Source: an uncultured Verrucomicrobiae bacterium
Lineage (GTDB): Bacteria; Verrucomicrobiota; Verrucomicrobiia; Chthoniobacterales; UBA10450
Length of the DNA stretch: 64,000 nucleotides
Direction: 5' to 3'
Assembly: GCA_963815455.1 (NCBI GenBank)
Contig: CAWFGO010000005.1
Span: 96,001-160,000 of the forward strand
Below the pieces are notes generated by a model, which was given only the letters and a program-made list of their open reading frames with translations, was not told the origin of the DNA and ran no database searches. Position numbers and translations under genes: made by a program. Of this stretch, positions 30,262 through 41,252 are shown piece by piece (position 1 is the stretch's first letter; each line of letters opens with the position of its first letter).

Positions 30262-33066
30262 CTATGGCAATGCGGTCCCGGATTTTGCTTTTACGAAGGA
30301 GATATCGGAACTGTTGATCGAACCGTCGACGGTCACGTCTTCGCGGAAATTGGAATTCGTGACCGCTTGTCCGGACTGCGATTTTGTCTGGCTAATGTCG
30401 GCCGAGTTCACGGAACGGTTTGCGGTTGTGTCCCCGGCAATCACACCCATCTCGACTGAAACATTTCTCGCGCCGCTGCCATCGTTTACGCCGAACAACG
30501 TAATCGCGATCGTCTGCGCGTTCGCTATGCCGGTCAGGTTGACCGTAACCTCGTTGACCGCGGTGCTCGTTCCTGAAACATTTCCGGTCCCGGACGTCAC
30601 GCTCGCACCGGCGAGCGTAACCGGCGTGGCAAAGGTAATCACGATCTGATGTTCATCGGAGTTTGCGCCCTGGCCTTTGCGGCATTCGATGCCGGGCCCG
30701 CCGCTGAATGGAAGATCGACATCGAAAGTTCCGGCGGCGCCATGGGTTTTTCGCGAGACGGCTTTCACAAGCGCGGGATCGAAAACGTACGCCTGCGCCA
30801 CGTCGATCAGGTTGAAAAGCACGCCGCCGATTCCACCGAACGAAGGCACAGAGTTCGCCGGCTGCTGCAAGGTCATTGTGCTGGCGGTTACTTCGTGCAG
30901 ACGATTATCAATTGCGCCAGCTTCGGTGACGTTGATAAGCGGCACATAAATCGTGATGTTTCCATTCGGAGCGAGTGTGGACTGACAGTTCGCGGCCGGG
31001 AGCGTTGTTAAAGGCGGGTAGACGAGCACGCCGCCGCCTCCCACCAATTGGATGGCGTTTTCGCCCGCGTAGCATGTCAACGCGCCTCCGCTGGTCGATT
31101 CGGCGTAAGCGTGAAAATTCTTTCCGCCGTTCGGATCCGTGCTGGACGGTACGAACCACTGCGTTAGCCAAACGAGATCGATATCGGGATCCTGCGCGGG
31201 GGTCGGGGCCAAACTAGTCAAGTCGCTCAGTTGCATCACAACTTTGTAACAAGGCGCAACCGCCGAGCATGGCGGGGTTGTCACTTTCGTAACACTCGAG
31301 TTCAGAATGTCGAGCTGCGGCATGTTCGCGCTGCTAGTCCCGTTCACTTCATATTTGCCGTCATCATTTGGGTCGGACATTGCATTGAATGGCACGATTC
31401 CGCTGACATTCACCGGCGACGTCGCGGCATAAAGTCCGGTGCCGCCATTTTGGCGAACGTACATGGCATGGCCTGCGGCCGAGCCGATGATGTTGTTCGA
31501 ATCGACGTAGGCAATGTGCGCTTCGCCCAGTGGTCCGGTCCGCATTTGGAGATAATCGCCTAGCGAGCGGCTGGAAAGCTGGTTCTGTCCGCCGATCAAG
31601 CTCTGGACAGCGCCGCGATGAACATGATGCTCGCTGGCGAGAATCGGCGCCGTGAAAGTGGGAACCGGAGCATGCGCGTTGAGCGATTGCACCATCCACA
31701 CGCTCCACGTGCAATCGTTGCAATCATCAGGGGCATTATTGCCGCCGCTCGGCGTATTTGGCGTTCCGTACCAAACGATGTTTACGCGTCCGTCATCACC
31801 GGCGCTGATCCAGGCGAACACATTCTCGCGCAGCGTGCCGACGGGCGAGCCGGACGTGTCGATCTGAATGGGGGTCGACCAAGTATTTCCCTGGTCGGTC
31901 GAATAGGCGAACTTGAGCACCACGTCGCCGGTCAGAACGGATCCGGCCACCGGCGCTTGTTCCCAAACCGCGTATAGATTGCCAGCTCTATCGATCGCCA
32001 TTGTCGGAAAATCGCCGCCCGTCTTTTGTCCCGCGCCGAGATCTGAGACCAGAATGTCCGTGCAACTGATCCCACTGGGGTCGGTCAGCAGATCGACCGG
32101 GAAACAACGTCCAATCAGAATCTGGTTCAGCGCCGCGTTATCGTGGATGACGTAAACGTGTTTCACCGGCGCAGGCAAAGTAGTGAACCCGCCCATGCCA
32201 TCCGGTGCGCCTAACGTTGTCGCGATCGGGCTGATCTCGTTGTTGCCCATAATGCCTTCGCCGCAGCCGACCGCGCGCGAGGTGATGTCTTTGGGCAAAC
32301 CGAACTCGACGCCCGCCGTCGCGCCCGGGGCGCCTACCGCCGGCGAACGGTACATCACAAGCGTGTTGTTGCCTGGAGTTGGTGTGCCCGGACACGACGC
32401 GCCGCCCGTGCCTACTTCATCATTCGTTAGGTAAATGACCCCGCCATTGGTCGGATCGCCGTCCACCGCATACCATTGTCGATCTACCACCGTGTCCGGC
32501 ACGCCAGTATTGCTGCACGTGAATGTCGCGCCGAAATCGTCCGAACGCGCTGTGCTGAAATTCGCCAGTGTCAGATCGTTGAAATAAAGATGGCCGGCAG
32601 AGTCGACCGCGATCTCTGTGTCCCCGCCGCCGTGACACGTCGTCACTTTTCCTTCCAATGCAAGCGCGCCCACAACCCACTTAAAAGTCTTGCCCCCATC
32701 GAGCGAATGCCAAATCCAGCTCGTGTCCGCCGAAGCCGTGCCGGGTGCGCTGGTGTAAATGCGATTCGGATTTGTCGGATCGAGCCGGATTGATTCCTCA
32801 AACCCCGTCCCGCCGATCCCGCTGATGATCGGATGAGCAAAGGCAGGCGTATTTGGCGCGGGTAGGCGAGGGACAAACTTGAAAATGCCCGCCGGACGCG
32901 CAGCCGCAGATATTCGTTTCGCATTAGCCAACACGGCCTGCAATCCGATCTCGGGACCTTCCGCGCGCAGGACGAGAGCGGGAGCGTTCGGTTTTTGCGG
33001 CGCAAGACTAAGAGTGGCCAATCCGAATCCAGTCAACAACAGAATTGCAGCGACGAATTTTTTCAT
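30262..33066 (-). CDS. Secreted Asp-box (BNR/sialidase-like) protein plus VSRK/dockerin-like module
   Basis: Asp boxes SLDGGKTF, SDDFGATF, STDQGNTW; GDY motif; tail VSRKTHGAAG...GDTTANRSVNSAD. Confidence 0.85.
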   Translation of the reverse strand: MKKFVAAILLLTGFGLATLSLAPQKPNAPALVLRAEGPEIGLQAVLANAKRISAAARPAGIFKFVPRLPAPNTPAFAHPIISGIGGTGFEESIRLDPTNPNRIYTSAPGTASADTSWIWHSLDGGKTFKWVVGALALEGKVTTCHGGGDTEIAVDSAGHLYFNDLTLANFSTARSDDFGATFTCSNTGVPDTVVDRQWYAVDGDPTNGGVIYLTNDEVGTGGASCPGTPTPGNNTLVMYRSPAVGAPGATAGVEFGLPKDITSRAVGCGEGIMGNNEISPIATTLGAPDGMGGFTTLPAPVKHVYVIHDNAALNQILIGRCFPVDLLTDPSGISCTDILVSDLGAGQKTGGDFPTMAIDRAGNLYAVWEQAPVAGSVLTGDVVLKFAYSTDQGNTWSTPIQIDTSGSPVGTLRENVFAWISAGDDGRVNIVWYGTPNTPSGGNNAPDDCNDCTWSVWMVQSLNAHAPVPTFTAPILASEHHVHRGAVQSLIGGQNQLSSRSLGDYLQMRTGPLGEAHIAYVDSNNIIGSAAGHAMYVRQNGGTGLYAATSPVNVSGIVPFNAMSDPNDDGKYEVNGTSSANMPQLDILNSSVTKVTTPPCSAVAPCYKVVMQLSDLTSLAPTPAQDPDIDLVWLTQWFVPSSTDPNGGKNFHAYAESTSGGALTCYAGENAIQLVGGGGVLVYPPLTTLPAANCQSTLAPNGNITIYVPLINVTEAGAIDNRLHEVTASTMTLQQPANSVPSFGGIGGVLFNLIDVAQAYVFDPALVKAVSRKTHGAAGTFDVDLPFSGGPGIECRKGQGANSDEHQIVITFATPVTLAGASVTSGTGNVSGTSTAVNEVTVNLTGIANAQTIAITLFGVNDGSGARNVSVEMGVIAGDTTANRSVNSADISQTKSQSGQAVTNSNFREDVTVDGSINSSDISFVKAKSGTALP

Positions 33067-33234
33067 GGGAGTTCTCCTTCAATCCAATCGCAAGGGCGCC
33101 CTCGACAGGACGCCTCAGCGGCTAAACATCTTAGTATTTATGAGAGCTTGTTATCCACAGATTTCGCAGATTTACGCCGATTCAGGTCTTCGCCAGTTGT
33201 GTCTTCGCGATGCGCTGTTAAGAAGAAACGACTT

Positions 33235-33672
33235 ATGAACGAAACCAAGCCTCCACGCCGTAGTATTCCTCGCAGCATTATGGCGGTGCTCGCGGGATTT
33301 TTCGCGTGCGCCCTGCTCTCCATCGGGACCGATGTCGTGCTGCACGCGGCTGGCGTGTTTCCGCCTTGGGGCCAGCCGATGTCCGGTGCGCTCTTCGTGT
33401 TGGCTACGGCATATCGCACCATCTACACCGTGGCCTCAGGCTACATTACCGCGCGGCTCGCTCCGAATCGTCCGATGGGGCATGTCTGGACGCTCGGTCT
33501 CATCGGCCTGTTGGCCGCGATTGCGGGCGCGGTGGCGACGTGGGACAAAGGTCCGGAATTTGGCCCGAAGTGGTATCCGCTCGCGCTCGTGGTGCTCGCG
33601 CTGCCAAGTGTGTGGTTAGGCGGAAAGCTTGCTCAGCTAGTATCAGCCCGACGCAGACTCACACGAACTTGA
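33235..33672 (+). CDS. Hypothetical 4-TM membrane protein
   Basis: Four hydrophobic helices; GYITARLAP.RPM.H, GPKWYP. Confidence 0.8.
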   Translation: MNETKPPRRSIPRSIMAVLAGFFACALLSIGTDVVLHAAGVFPPWGQPMSGALFVLATAYRTIYTVASGYITARLAPNRPMGHVWTLGLIGLLAAIAGAVATWDKGPEFGPKWYPLALVVLALPSVWLGGKLAQLVSARRRLTRT

Positions 33673-35097
33673 TTTTCCACATCGCATGCCACGCCATTCG
33701 CAATAGGAGCAGACCATGTCGAAAGCGACTGATGTTTGTCGTCCCATACGTGCGCGCCCGATAGTGGATCGGGATTTCCATGATCTTTAGGTTCAGTTTC
33801 GCCGCGCCAAATATCAGGTCGAAATCGCCGAACGGATCGAAGTCGCCGAAATAGCTGCGATTCGCCGCGATCTTTTCGTAGTCGGACCGGAGCAAAACCT
33901 TGGTGCCGCACAGCGTGTCCTTGATTCTCTGGCCCAGCAGAAACGTGAAGGTGATGCTGAAGAACCGATTTCCCAGCAGATTCAAGAACCGCATCGCTTC
34001 ATCCTGCATCGGATAAACGAGCCGGGAACCGTGGACGAAATCGGCGGTTCCGTTGACGATAGCGTCGTAGAATTTCGGCAGTTCCTCCGGCTCAACGCTC
34101 AGATCGCCGTCCAGAATCATCAGCAGATCGCCGGTGGCGAGTCCAAAACCGTTTCGAACAGCGGCGCTTTTTCCCAGACGTCCTTGCCGGTGGAGTTTGA
34201 TGTCGCGCTGCGGATTCGCGGCCATCACTCGCTCCATTTCATTGCCCGTTCCATCGGTCGAGCCGTCTTCGATGAAAATGATTTCGGTGTGACTTCCTAT
34301 CTCCGGAATGCGCGCCACGGCCGATGCGATATTCCCGCGCTCGTTTCGACAGGGGACGACGACGGAGCAGGATAAGGCGCCGGTTTTCGCTGGCTTTTGG
34401 GCGTGCGATATCCACCCTGACCAGCGCCAGATGTTTGAACACCGGCAGGTTCACCAGGAACCGATTACAAAAAGGCGAGATAAGTGGCAGGTAGATCGGC
34501 AGAAGCAGTCTTGAATTTGATCGGATGGCTTCGAACCCGGCAAGCTCCAACAGGTTGGCCATATCCGCGGGAGTGAGCCAATTCATGAGTGGCTCTTTTG
34601 CTTTGCGTCCGATCCGTTCGGCAATGTGCAGGGCCGGTTCCCATAGGAAATGGTAATGCGTGATCAGAATGCGGGTCGATCGATGGCAAACCCGATGGAG
34701 ATTCTCCAAGCAGCGCTGCACATCGCTCAGGAAACCGATCACGTCGGATAAGCACCACATAATCGAACTTCTCATCCGTTTTCAGGTCTTCCACGTCATC
34801 CACCCGGAATTCGAGGTGCGGATATTTTCCTCTGGCGATCTCGACCATGGCCGGGCTGATGTCGATCCCCAGACCGCGCCCTGGCTTCAACGCGTTCAAC
34901 AAATGGCCCGTGCTGCAACCGATCTCCAGGACCGAAGAGCCGGGTGGAATGGAAAACGAAAGTGTCCGGGCGATTTCCTGGTGGTAGTACCAGTTTTTCT
35001 CGATCCACCGGTCGCGTGTTGCCGCGAGTGAATCAAAGTAATTAACAAGGTCTGCTCGTTCGGCCTGAAGATTGGGCGAAACCGCCATGGGTTGCAT
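33659..35097 (-). CDS. Class I methyltransferase-GT2 glycosyltransferase fusion (two frameshifts)
   Basis: VLEIGCSTG/GIDIS SAM motif; FIEDGSTD, ILDGDL, DTLCGTK, DPFGDFDL across ORFs 34465..35097, 34239..34775 and 33659..34318. Confidence 0.88.
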
Positions 35098-35204
35098 TTA
35101 CAGCGTTCGCGCAGGCGTGGAAAGCGACTTCATCGCTCTGGTGGTTTACTTCCCTGTTTTTCCTCCTTAATTCATGACTCCTAATTCTTACTTTCTTCAC
35201 TCCA

Positions 35205-36947
35205 ATGGGACGGAAAAAATCTCTGCGACGAAACGCACCCGTGCGCCCGGTCTCGGCCAGCCACAGCGAGCGAGGCAAGGCCGTTTTTATCTGCATCTTT
35301 CTGGTGGCCAGTGTCTTCATTTTATTCGGGCAAACGCTTGGGCATGACTTCATCAACTATGACGACAACGGGTACATTACGGAGAATCCTCACGTCTTAA
35401 ACGGTCTGAATTGGCCGGACCTGAAATGGGCATTTACCACCGGTCATACCGGGTACGCCCATCCCGTTACCTGGCTAAGTCATCAACTCGACTATCAAAT
35501 CTATGGCAGCTGGGCGGGCGGCCATCACCTGACGAGTCTGATTCTTCACGCCGCCAACGCTGTGCTGTTGTTTTTGTTTTTTTGGCGAACAACGCGCAAA
35601 CTTTGGCCCAGCGCTTTCATCGCCGCGATCTTTGCCGTTCATCCGCTCCACGTGGAATCGGTGGCGTGGGCAGCGGAACGCAAAGATGTTTTAAGCGGAC
35701 TTTTGTTTCTGCTAACGCTCCATGCGTATGCGGCTTACGCGACCAAGCCGCAATTTTCTCGATATCTGCTGGCGCTCTGTTTGTTCGCGCTCGGCATCCT
35801 TTCCAAGCCCATGCTCGTGACTGTCCCGTGCGTCCTGTTGCTTGTCGATTATTGGCCGCTTCGGAGGTTCCCAAATGAGCAATCCGCAATCAGCATTCAG
35901 AAATTGCTTCTGGAAAAGATCCCGTTCGCCCTGATTGCTGTTGCCTGGAGCGTCGTCACTTTCATTCTCCAGAAAAAATTCGGAGCCGTGGCCGAGACAC
36001 AGGCTCCTATCGGTCTCCGCGCTACCAATGCGGTCGTCAGCTACGGAGCATACTTATGGAACACGCTCTGGCCGCAACATCTCACACTGTTTTATCCCTA
36101 TCCGCGGTCGTTGCCGTGGGCAGCAATGTCTGTTTCGGCGACGGTGCTTGTCGTAATTTCGGCTCTCTGCGTTGCCCGGTGGAGGAGGTCTCCCTATCTC
36201 ATCGCCGGTTGGCTTTGGTTTTTGGGAATGCTTGTGCCCGTGATCGGTTTTGTTCAGTTCGGCGAACAGGCGCGGGCAGACCGCTACACCTATCTGCCCC
36301 AGATCGGCTTAACTATCCTCGTGATTTGGGGAGTTTTGGAATTATCCGTCCGGTGGCGTCAGCGGCGTCAAATTTTAGCGGGCGCCGGTTTGTTTGTGAT
36401 CGGAGCCTTTGCCACGCTCGGTTTTATCCAGACTTCCTATTGGCGGAATAGCAAAACCGTGTGGGAGCACGCTCTCGCCAGCACATCCGGCAATTATGTG
36501 GCTGAGAATAATCTCGGTAGCGACCTGTCACACAAAGGACGGCTGGATGAAGCCGTTATCCATTTCCGGAAGGCTCTCGAAATCTCGCCAAATTATCCCG
36601 AAGCGAACAACAACCTCGGTAGTGTCCTCGCCAATGAAAAGCGTTGGTCGGAGGCAACTGGTTTTTATGAAAACGCTCTGCGCTACCGGCCCGATGATGC
36701 CAGAACTCACAGCAACATCGGAGTGAGTCTGACCGAAACCGGCAGGCTGGACGAGGCGTCCGCCCATCTTCGCAGAGCACTGCAAATCGATTCCAGCTTG
36801 GCCGAGGCTCACTTCAATCTCGCGCGCGTGTTGCTGATGTCGGGCCGGCACGACGAAGCAGTGGAAGAATTAAAGGAATCGTTGCGTCTCAAACCGGACG
36901 ACCAACAGACCAAAGCGGCCCTTCGCCAGCTCGGCGCTCTGCTCTGA
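35205..36947 (+). CDS. TMTC-like GT-C membrane protein with C-terminal TPRs
   Basis: FINYDD, HPLHVESVAW..ERKD, ADRYTYLP, then TPR repeats. Confidence 0.88.
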   Translation: MGRKKSLRRNAPVRPVSASHSERGKAVFICIFLVASVFILFGQTLGHDFINYDDNGYITENPHVLNGLNWPDLKWAFTTGHTGYAHPVTWLSHQLDYQIYGSWAGGHHLTSLILHAANAVLLFLFFWRTTRKLWPSAFIAAIFAVHPLHVESVAWAAERKDVLSGLLFLLTLHAYAAYATKPQFSRYLLALCLFALGILSKPMLVTVPCVLLLVDYWPLRRFPNEQSAISIQKLLLEKIPFALIAVAWSVVTFILQKKFGAVAETQAPIGLRATNAVVSYGAYLWNTLWPQHLTLFYPYPRSLPWAAMSVSATVLVVISALCVARWRRSPYLIAGWLWFLGMLVPVIGFVQFGEQARADRYTYLPQIGLTILVIWGVLELSVRWRQRRQILAGAGLFVIGAFATLGFIQTSYWRNSKTVWEHALASTSGNYVAENNLGSDLSHKGRLDEAVIHFRKALEISPNYPEANNNLGSVLANEKRWSEATGFYENALRYRPDDARTHSNIGVSLTETGRLDEASAHLRRALQIDSSLAEAHFNLARVLLMSGRHDEAVEELKESLRLKPDDQQTKAALRQLGALL

Positions 36948-37215
36948 TTCCATTGTAGCCGCCTCGCTCTGCAAGGGTGGATCGTCCGCTCCGCGGGCGA
37001 TGTTAAGCCTGTGTTCGGTCTCGTTGCACTGGCTGATTGCCGTCTTTTTTTGCCTCATTTCGCGGCTACAACGAATTGCGGATTGGATTTCGATTTGTCA
37101 GACCCTGTTAGCTTTCCCAAGCATTCTCGCGTTCTCATCCTTTCCAATCCCGACCAGGTGCGCCCGCAGGAATTGCTCTTGACATTGTTACGCCGGCTTT
37201 GAAGGTTTTGTTTCT

Positions 37216-38760
37216 ATGAAACCCCGACTAAAATTCGCACTCCTAGTTACCTCATGTCTGTTGATCTTTACGGTTGGTAAAGCTCACGCCCAAAACGCCG
37301 ACCTGTTCGCCTCCATTAATCACGAGCCGACCCCACCGTTTCTGGGGGCCATTTACGAATACACTCCGACTGGAATTCAGAGCACTTTCCTTGCGAATGT
37401 TAGCCAGCCTCGTGGGTTGGCCTTTGACTGCGCCAACAACCTTTACGTAGCAAGCAACGATTTTGATAACGATGGAAATGCGGTGGGAACAATCTTCAAG
37501 GTTACCCCGGGCGGCGTAGTCAGCACGTTTGCTACCGGGTTTGGGGTAAACTTCTTCCTTGAGAACCTTGTGTTCGACAGTTCGGGCAACTTGTTTGTCG
37601 TGGCTATTGATCAAAATGATCCAGACCTTGCCAGCACCGTTTACAAAGTCTCGCCTGCCGGCGAAGTAAGCACGTTCGGTTCCGTTCCCGGCCAAAGTCT
37701 TGACCTAGCCTTTGACAGCAAGGGTAATCTTTTTGTCGGAGATGCTATTGACCAAACCATCTTCAAGTTTACTCGGGCGGGCATGCGGAGTGTCTTCGTT
37801 GGCCCCGCTGCTTTCGACCCTCTTCAAGGGCCCGCTGGGCTTGCTTTCGACTCGTCCGGCAATCTTTTTGCGTCCGCTCCTAACGGCAACAGCGGCGACG
37901 AAATTTTCAAATTTGCTCCGAATGGGACGAAGACTATTTTCGCAACTGGCCTAACCAACAGTCCCCGAGGATTGGCATTTGACAGCGCTGGCAATCTTTT
38001 TGTGGCCGAGGTTTCGCCCCCGGGTGCTGGAAACACCGGCGATATTTTGATGTTCACGCCTGCGGGCGTAGGAAGCGTTTTCGCCGCCGGGATTGGTCGG
38101 CCCACGGGAAATGGCGGCCCGGAATTTCTCGCCTTTGGGCGTCCTTGTCAGTCGACCAGCACGATCGCGTCCAACTTCAACGGCACGCAAATCAATAGCG
38201 GCTCAACTATTTGGTTCAACAGTGTGCTTAAACCGAGTGGTCTTGGTTCTCAGCCTGTGACGTTTCGTTTTACCAACCAGACGATTAGCAGCACAAGCTT
38301 TGCTACCGTAGCCGTGCCCGATGCGGAGGTGACCTTCGATCCGGCAGCCACGACTGCTACTACGACATTCACTGGTGGCATGTGGGTGACGCGGGTGCCT
38401 TCCAGCGGCCTGGCCGGGAACACATTCTTTTCGGCTGCAAGTCTCCCGGTCACGGCAAACATCCCGGGAGGTGCTAAGAATGTCACTTGGACTGGCACGA
38501 TCGCTTCCGATACGCCCACTGCAAGTTTGCAATGGCAATGGGGTGCGGCGGTCTATACCGGCTTTAGCGCCGATTACAACGCACTCGGAGTGAAACCAGT
38601 AGATGATAACAAGGCAAGCGCCTACAAGAACTCCGACCACGCCGGCACGCCTGAAAACTTCAAAGCCTTCGTGACTGGTGGTGCTACTGGCGGCGGCGGC
38701 TCAAACTACACCGGTAGCTTGAGCGGAACGGTTAAAATTGGCCCTTGTTGTCCGCGGTAG
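37216..38760 (+). CDS. Secreted NHL-repeat beta-propeller protein with C-terminal beta domain
   Basis: Signal peptide; repeated P.GLAFDS.GNLFVA; ends GGATGGGGSNYTGS. Confidence 0.88.
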   Translation: MKPRLKFALLVTSCLLIFTVGKAHAQNADLFASINHEPTPPFLGAIYEYTPTGIQSTFLANVSQPRGLAFDCANNLYVASNDFDNDGNAVGTIFKVTPGGVVSTFATGFGVNFFLENLVFDSSGNLFVVAIDQNDPDLASTVYKVSPAGEVSTFGSVPGQSLDLAFDSKGNLFVGDAIDQTIFKFTRAGMRSVFVGPAAFDPLQGPAGLAFDSSGNLFASAPNGNSGDEIFKFAPNGTKTIFATGLTNSPRGLAFDSAGNLFVAEVSPPGAGNTGDILMFTPAGVGSVFAAGIGRPTGNGGPEFLAFGRPCQSTSTIASNFNGTQINSGSTIWFNSVLKPSGLGSQPVTFRFTNQTISSTSFATVAVPDAEVTFDPAATTATTTFTGGMWVTRVPSSGLAGNTFFSAASLPVTANIPGGAKNVTWTGTIASDTPTASLQWQWGAAVYTGFSADYNALGVKPVDDNKASAYKNSDHAGTPENFKAFVTGGATGGGGSNYTGSLSGTVKIGPCCPR

Positions 38761-38785
38761 GATCTTAAGCTGAGTCGAAAAATCG

Positions 38786-38822
38786 AAAAGCGGACGGGAT
38801 GAGATCCCGTCCGCTTTTTTTT
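38786..38822. terminator. Bidirectional intrinsic terminator
   Basis: AAAAGCGGACGGGAT-GAG-ATCCCGTCCGCTTTTTTTT between convergent genes. Confidence 0.9.
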
Positions 38823-38855
38823 GCCTTTGTCGTAGCGGTGACAACAAACGCAAAA

Positions 38856-40678
38856 CTACGGCACGGCGTGTCCCACGCTCGCTTTTACCTGAGCGAGATC
38901 CGACGCGGTGATGGTGCCGTTTACGTTGACATCGGAACGGAAATTGGCGGCGGTGACCGGTGATCCCGATCGTCCTTTGGTCTGAGCAACGTCGGAGGCG
39001 TTTACCGTTTTGTTTCCATTCGTGTCACCAATCAGCATGTTCATGCTCACCGGAGTGTCCGGCAAAACCTGCATCGAACTGTCAGTCACGTTGTTCAGCG
39101 TCACAATGATCTGCTGTTGATCCGCGACGCCGGTTAACTCCACCGTCATCGTGTTGCCGTTGAAGATGGGAACTCCCGCAACGCTCCCGGTGCCGCTCGT
39201 CACGCTCGCATTCCCGCTCACCATCGTATTATTAAATCCGACCACGATTGTGTAATCGCCGCCTCCGTTCCGGCATTCCACGCCGGCATCGCCCGTGACC
39301 GGAAGATCGACATCGAAATTGCCCGCTGCTCCATGCGTCTTTCGCGAAACCGCCGACAACAGTTGCAGCGGGACGCACGTATCCGGAGTCGGCGCCTCGA
39401 TGGCGACCGTCATGGGCGCTGCCCGTTTTGAAAAAGCCGATCGTCGCATTCGGCAGTGTGCGGCGGACGATTCGAATCGAACCGGAAATTATACAGAGTG
39501 CCAAACCGGATCGCATTCGCGTTTTGGTTTTGGGCAAACGTCTCCGTGTTCCAACTCAACGCATCGGCGGTTTGATTCGAGGTCCAGGGCGCGTTGCTGA
39601 ATCCGCCGTCTCCCAAGGTTCCATCATTGGCGATTCCGGGATGATTGAGCGGAGCGTGGAAACCAGGATTACTCACCGTGACGCCGCAGCCGATGGGCAC
39701 ACTGAACGACTCGATCGCGCGATCGAGATTCTCATTGTAAATCGCGTACTCGTAATGCCAGATCCCGGCAGACGGGTTCGTGACCTTGTAGCCAATGAAG
39801 GCGCGGCCGTCGTTTCCCGGAGCCGGCTCGATGGTGTTGATCGTCGCTCCGGTCCAAGCGGTGAGAGCAGGGGCCATTCGCACTGTCGATCCGACAGCCG
39901 AGAAAACGAAAGTCGTTGTCCCGGTGACGTTGTAACGGCGATAGGAAACATTGTTATACATGTTGCATTGCCCGGGGTGCGTCTGGCACCAGGCGTATTC
40001 ATGCGGCGTGACACATTGAACCTCGGCGTAATAAGTTGCGCCGAAGTTGAGCGCGGGGTCGAGGTCGCTCCCTTCCACTAAAATCCTGTGAGTCACACCG
40101 GTATGCGTATGGCCGGTGTGATTGTCCGGGTTCGGATTCGAACCGGGAAAAACTCCGGTAAACGGATTTACCCACGCCCGCGACCCCAAATTGTTTTGAT
40201 CCCCATCCGAACTCGCGGTCTCGCTATCCGAGCATCCTACCCCAAGGCGGGTTCCGTCCCCGTGAGGGGAACAGCCAAAACCACAGATGTTTTGCTCCAG
40301 GGCAAAGAACATGTGCTTCAGCCAGGATTGGCCCACTTGCTCGAACCGCTCGTCGTTGTTCGCGCCTCCGCTCATCCGATACAGATTTTGGGCGACCACG
40401 GGATGATCGGGATTCGGCAAGTGGAAGAAATCCAATTCCGCATTTCCGCCGTTGCATGCGGTGATGCCAAGCGCGAGCCCGACCTGCGTCCCGCTGCTGC
40501 CAAATTGCGCTAGACCGGAAACGTCGCCCACGATGATATCCGGGCCTGACGCCGGATCGTTCGGCACTTCTTTGCCAGGCGCGAACGACGCTGCCCGATT
40601 CGCCGGCGAACCGAAAGTCGAGAGCAAGGGCGCAAGGAGAATTAAAATCGCAATCGCCGCACCAAATGCTCGCTTCAT
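38856..40678 (-). CDS. Secreted Cys/His-rich protein plus VSRK/dockerin-like module (frameshift near 39445)
   Basis: ORF 39410..40678 joins 38856..39449 at ...NATIGFFKTG; tail VSRKTHGAAG...GDTNGNKTVNASD. Confidence 0.82.
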
Positions 40679-40844
40679 CGGTCCCGGATTAAGGCACCGA
40701 AGACGAAAGATTTAAAGCCTAAAACTTACTTCCCTCTTAATGGTTAAGCGCTTGGCGTTTGCTTTCCGCTCTGTCGCCGTCGTCCGACATCTGATCTCGA
40801 ATATCCGATCTCCGTCGACTGGAATCCAGTGTCGATAGTAAGCT

Positions 40845-40964
40845 CTGACCCCTCCCGGGGACCCTGACCCCTCCCGGGGGACCCTGACCCCTCCCGGGGG
40901 ACCCTGACCCCTCCCGGGGGACCCTGACCCCTCCCGGGGGACCCTGACCCCTCCCGGGCGACCC
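40845..40964. repeat. 20-bp tandem repeat (CTGACCCCTCCCGGGGGACC), about 6 copies
   Basis: Directly visible; no spacers. Confidence 0.95.
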
Positions 40965-41059
40965 CGGTCAAATTATAGCTTGGACGGGCGTCTTGTCCGG
41001 CGAAAGGTAAGACCGCCGCTGAAAGCGATTTCGGCGGAGGCGGGGACCGCGTAAAGCTC

Positions 41060-41200
41060 GCCGCCAGAGCGCATTTGTTTGCAAAATATATCAGTCGTCG
41101 CGTGCCCGGGCCGATTGTGTTCAAGATCGATCATCTCCGGATCCAGAATGAATTGTCGATCTTAGCCCGAGTGATGTTCCCGACGGAGCTGGCCGGAATC
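41060..41200 (+). pseudogene. Internally deleted remnant paralog of the 41939..42394 gene
   Basis: GCCAGAGCGCAT...CCGATTGTGTTCAAGATCGATCATCTCCGGATCCAGAATG joined directly to GTCGATCTTAGCC...GATGTTCCCGA, matching about 42055-42143 and 42266-42316. Confidence 0.8.
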
Positions 41201-41252
41201 TAGTTGCTGATTTAAGACTTTACTGCGGCCTCAACCCGTGAACGGTAGCAAG

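Noticed and set aside
33151..33159. Perfect DnaA box TTATCCACA suggesting oriC
   Set aside because: Single copy, part of the CCACAGAT repeat family; no box cluster or dnaA nearby.
39440..40600. Lysyl-oxidase identity for the Cys/His-rich domain
   Set aside because: Only GCSD and His clusters are suggestive; the cofactor Tyr position is not evident.
40845..40964. Possible CRISPR array
   Set aside because: Units are head-to-tail with no unique spacers, and no cas genes are present.
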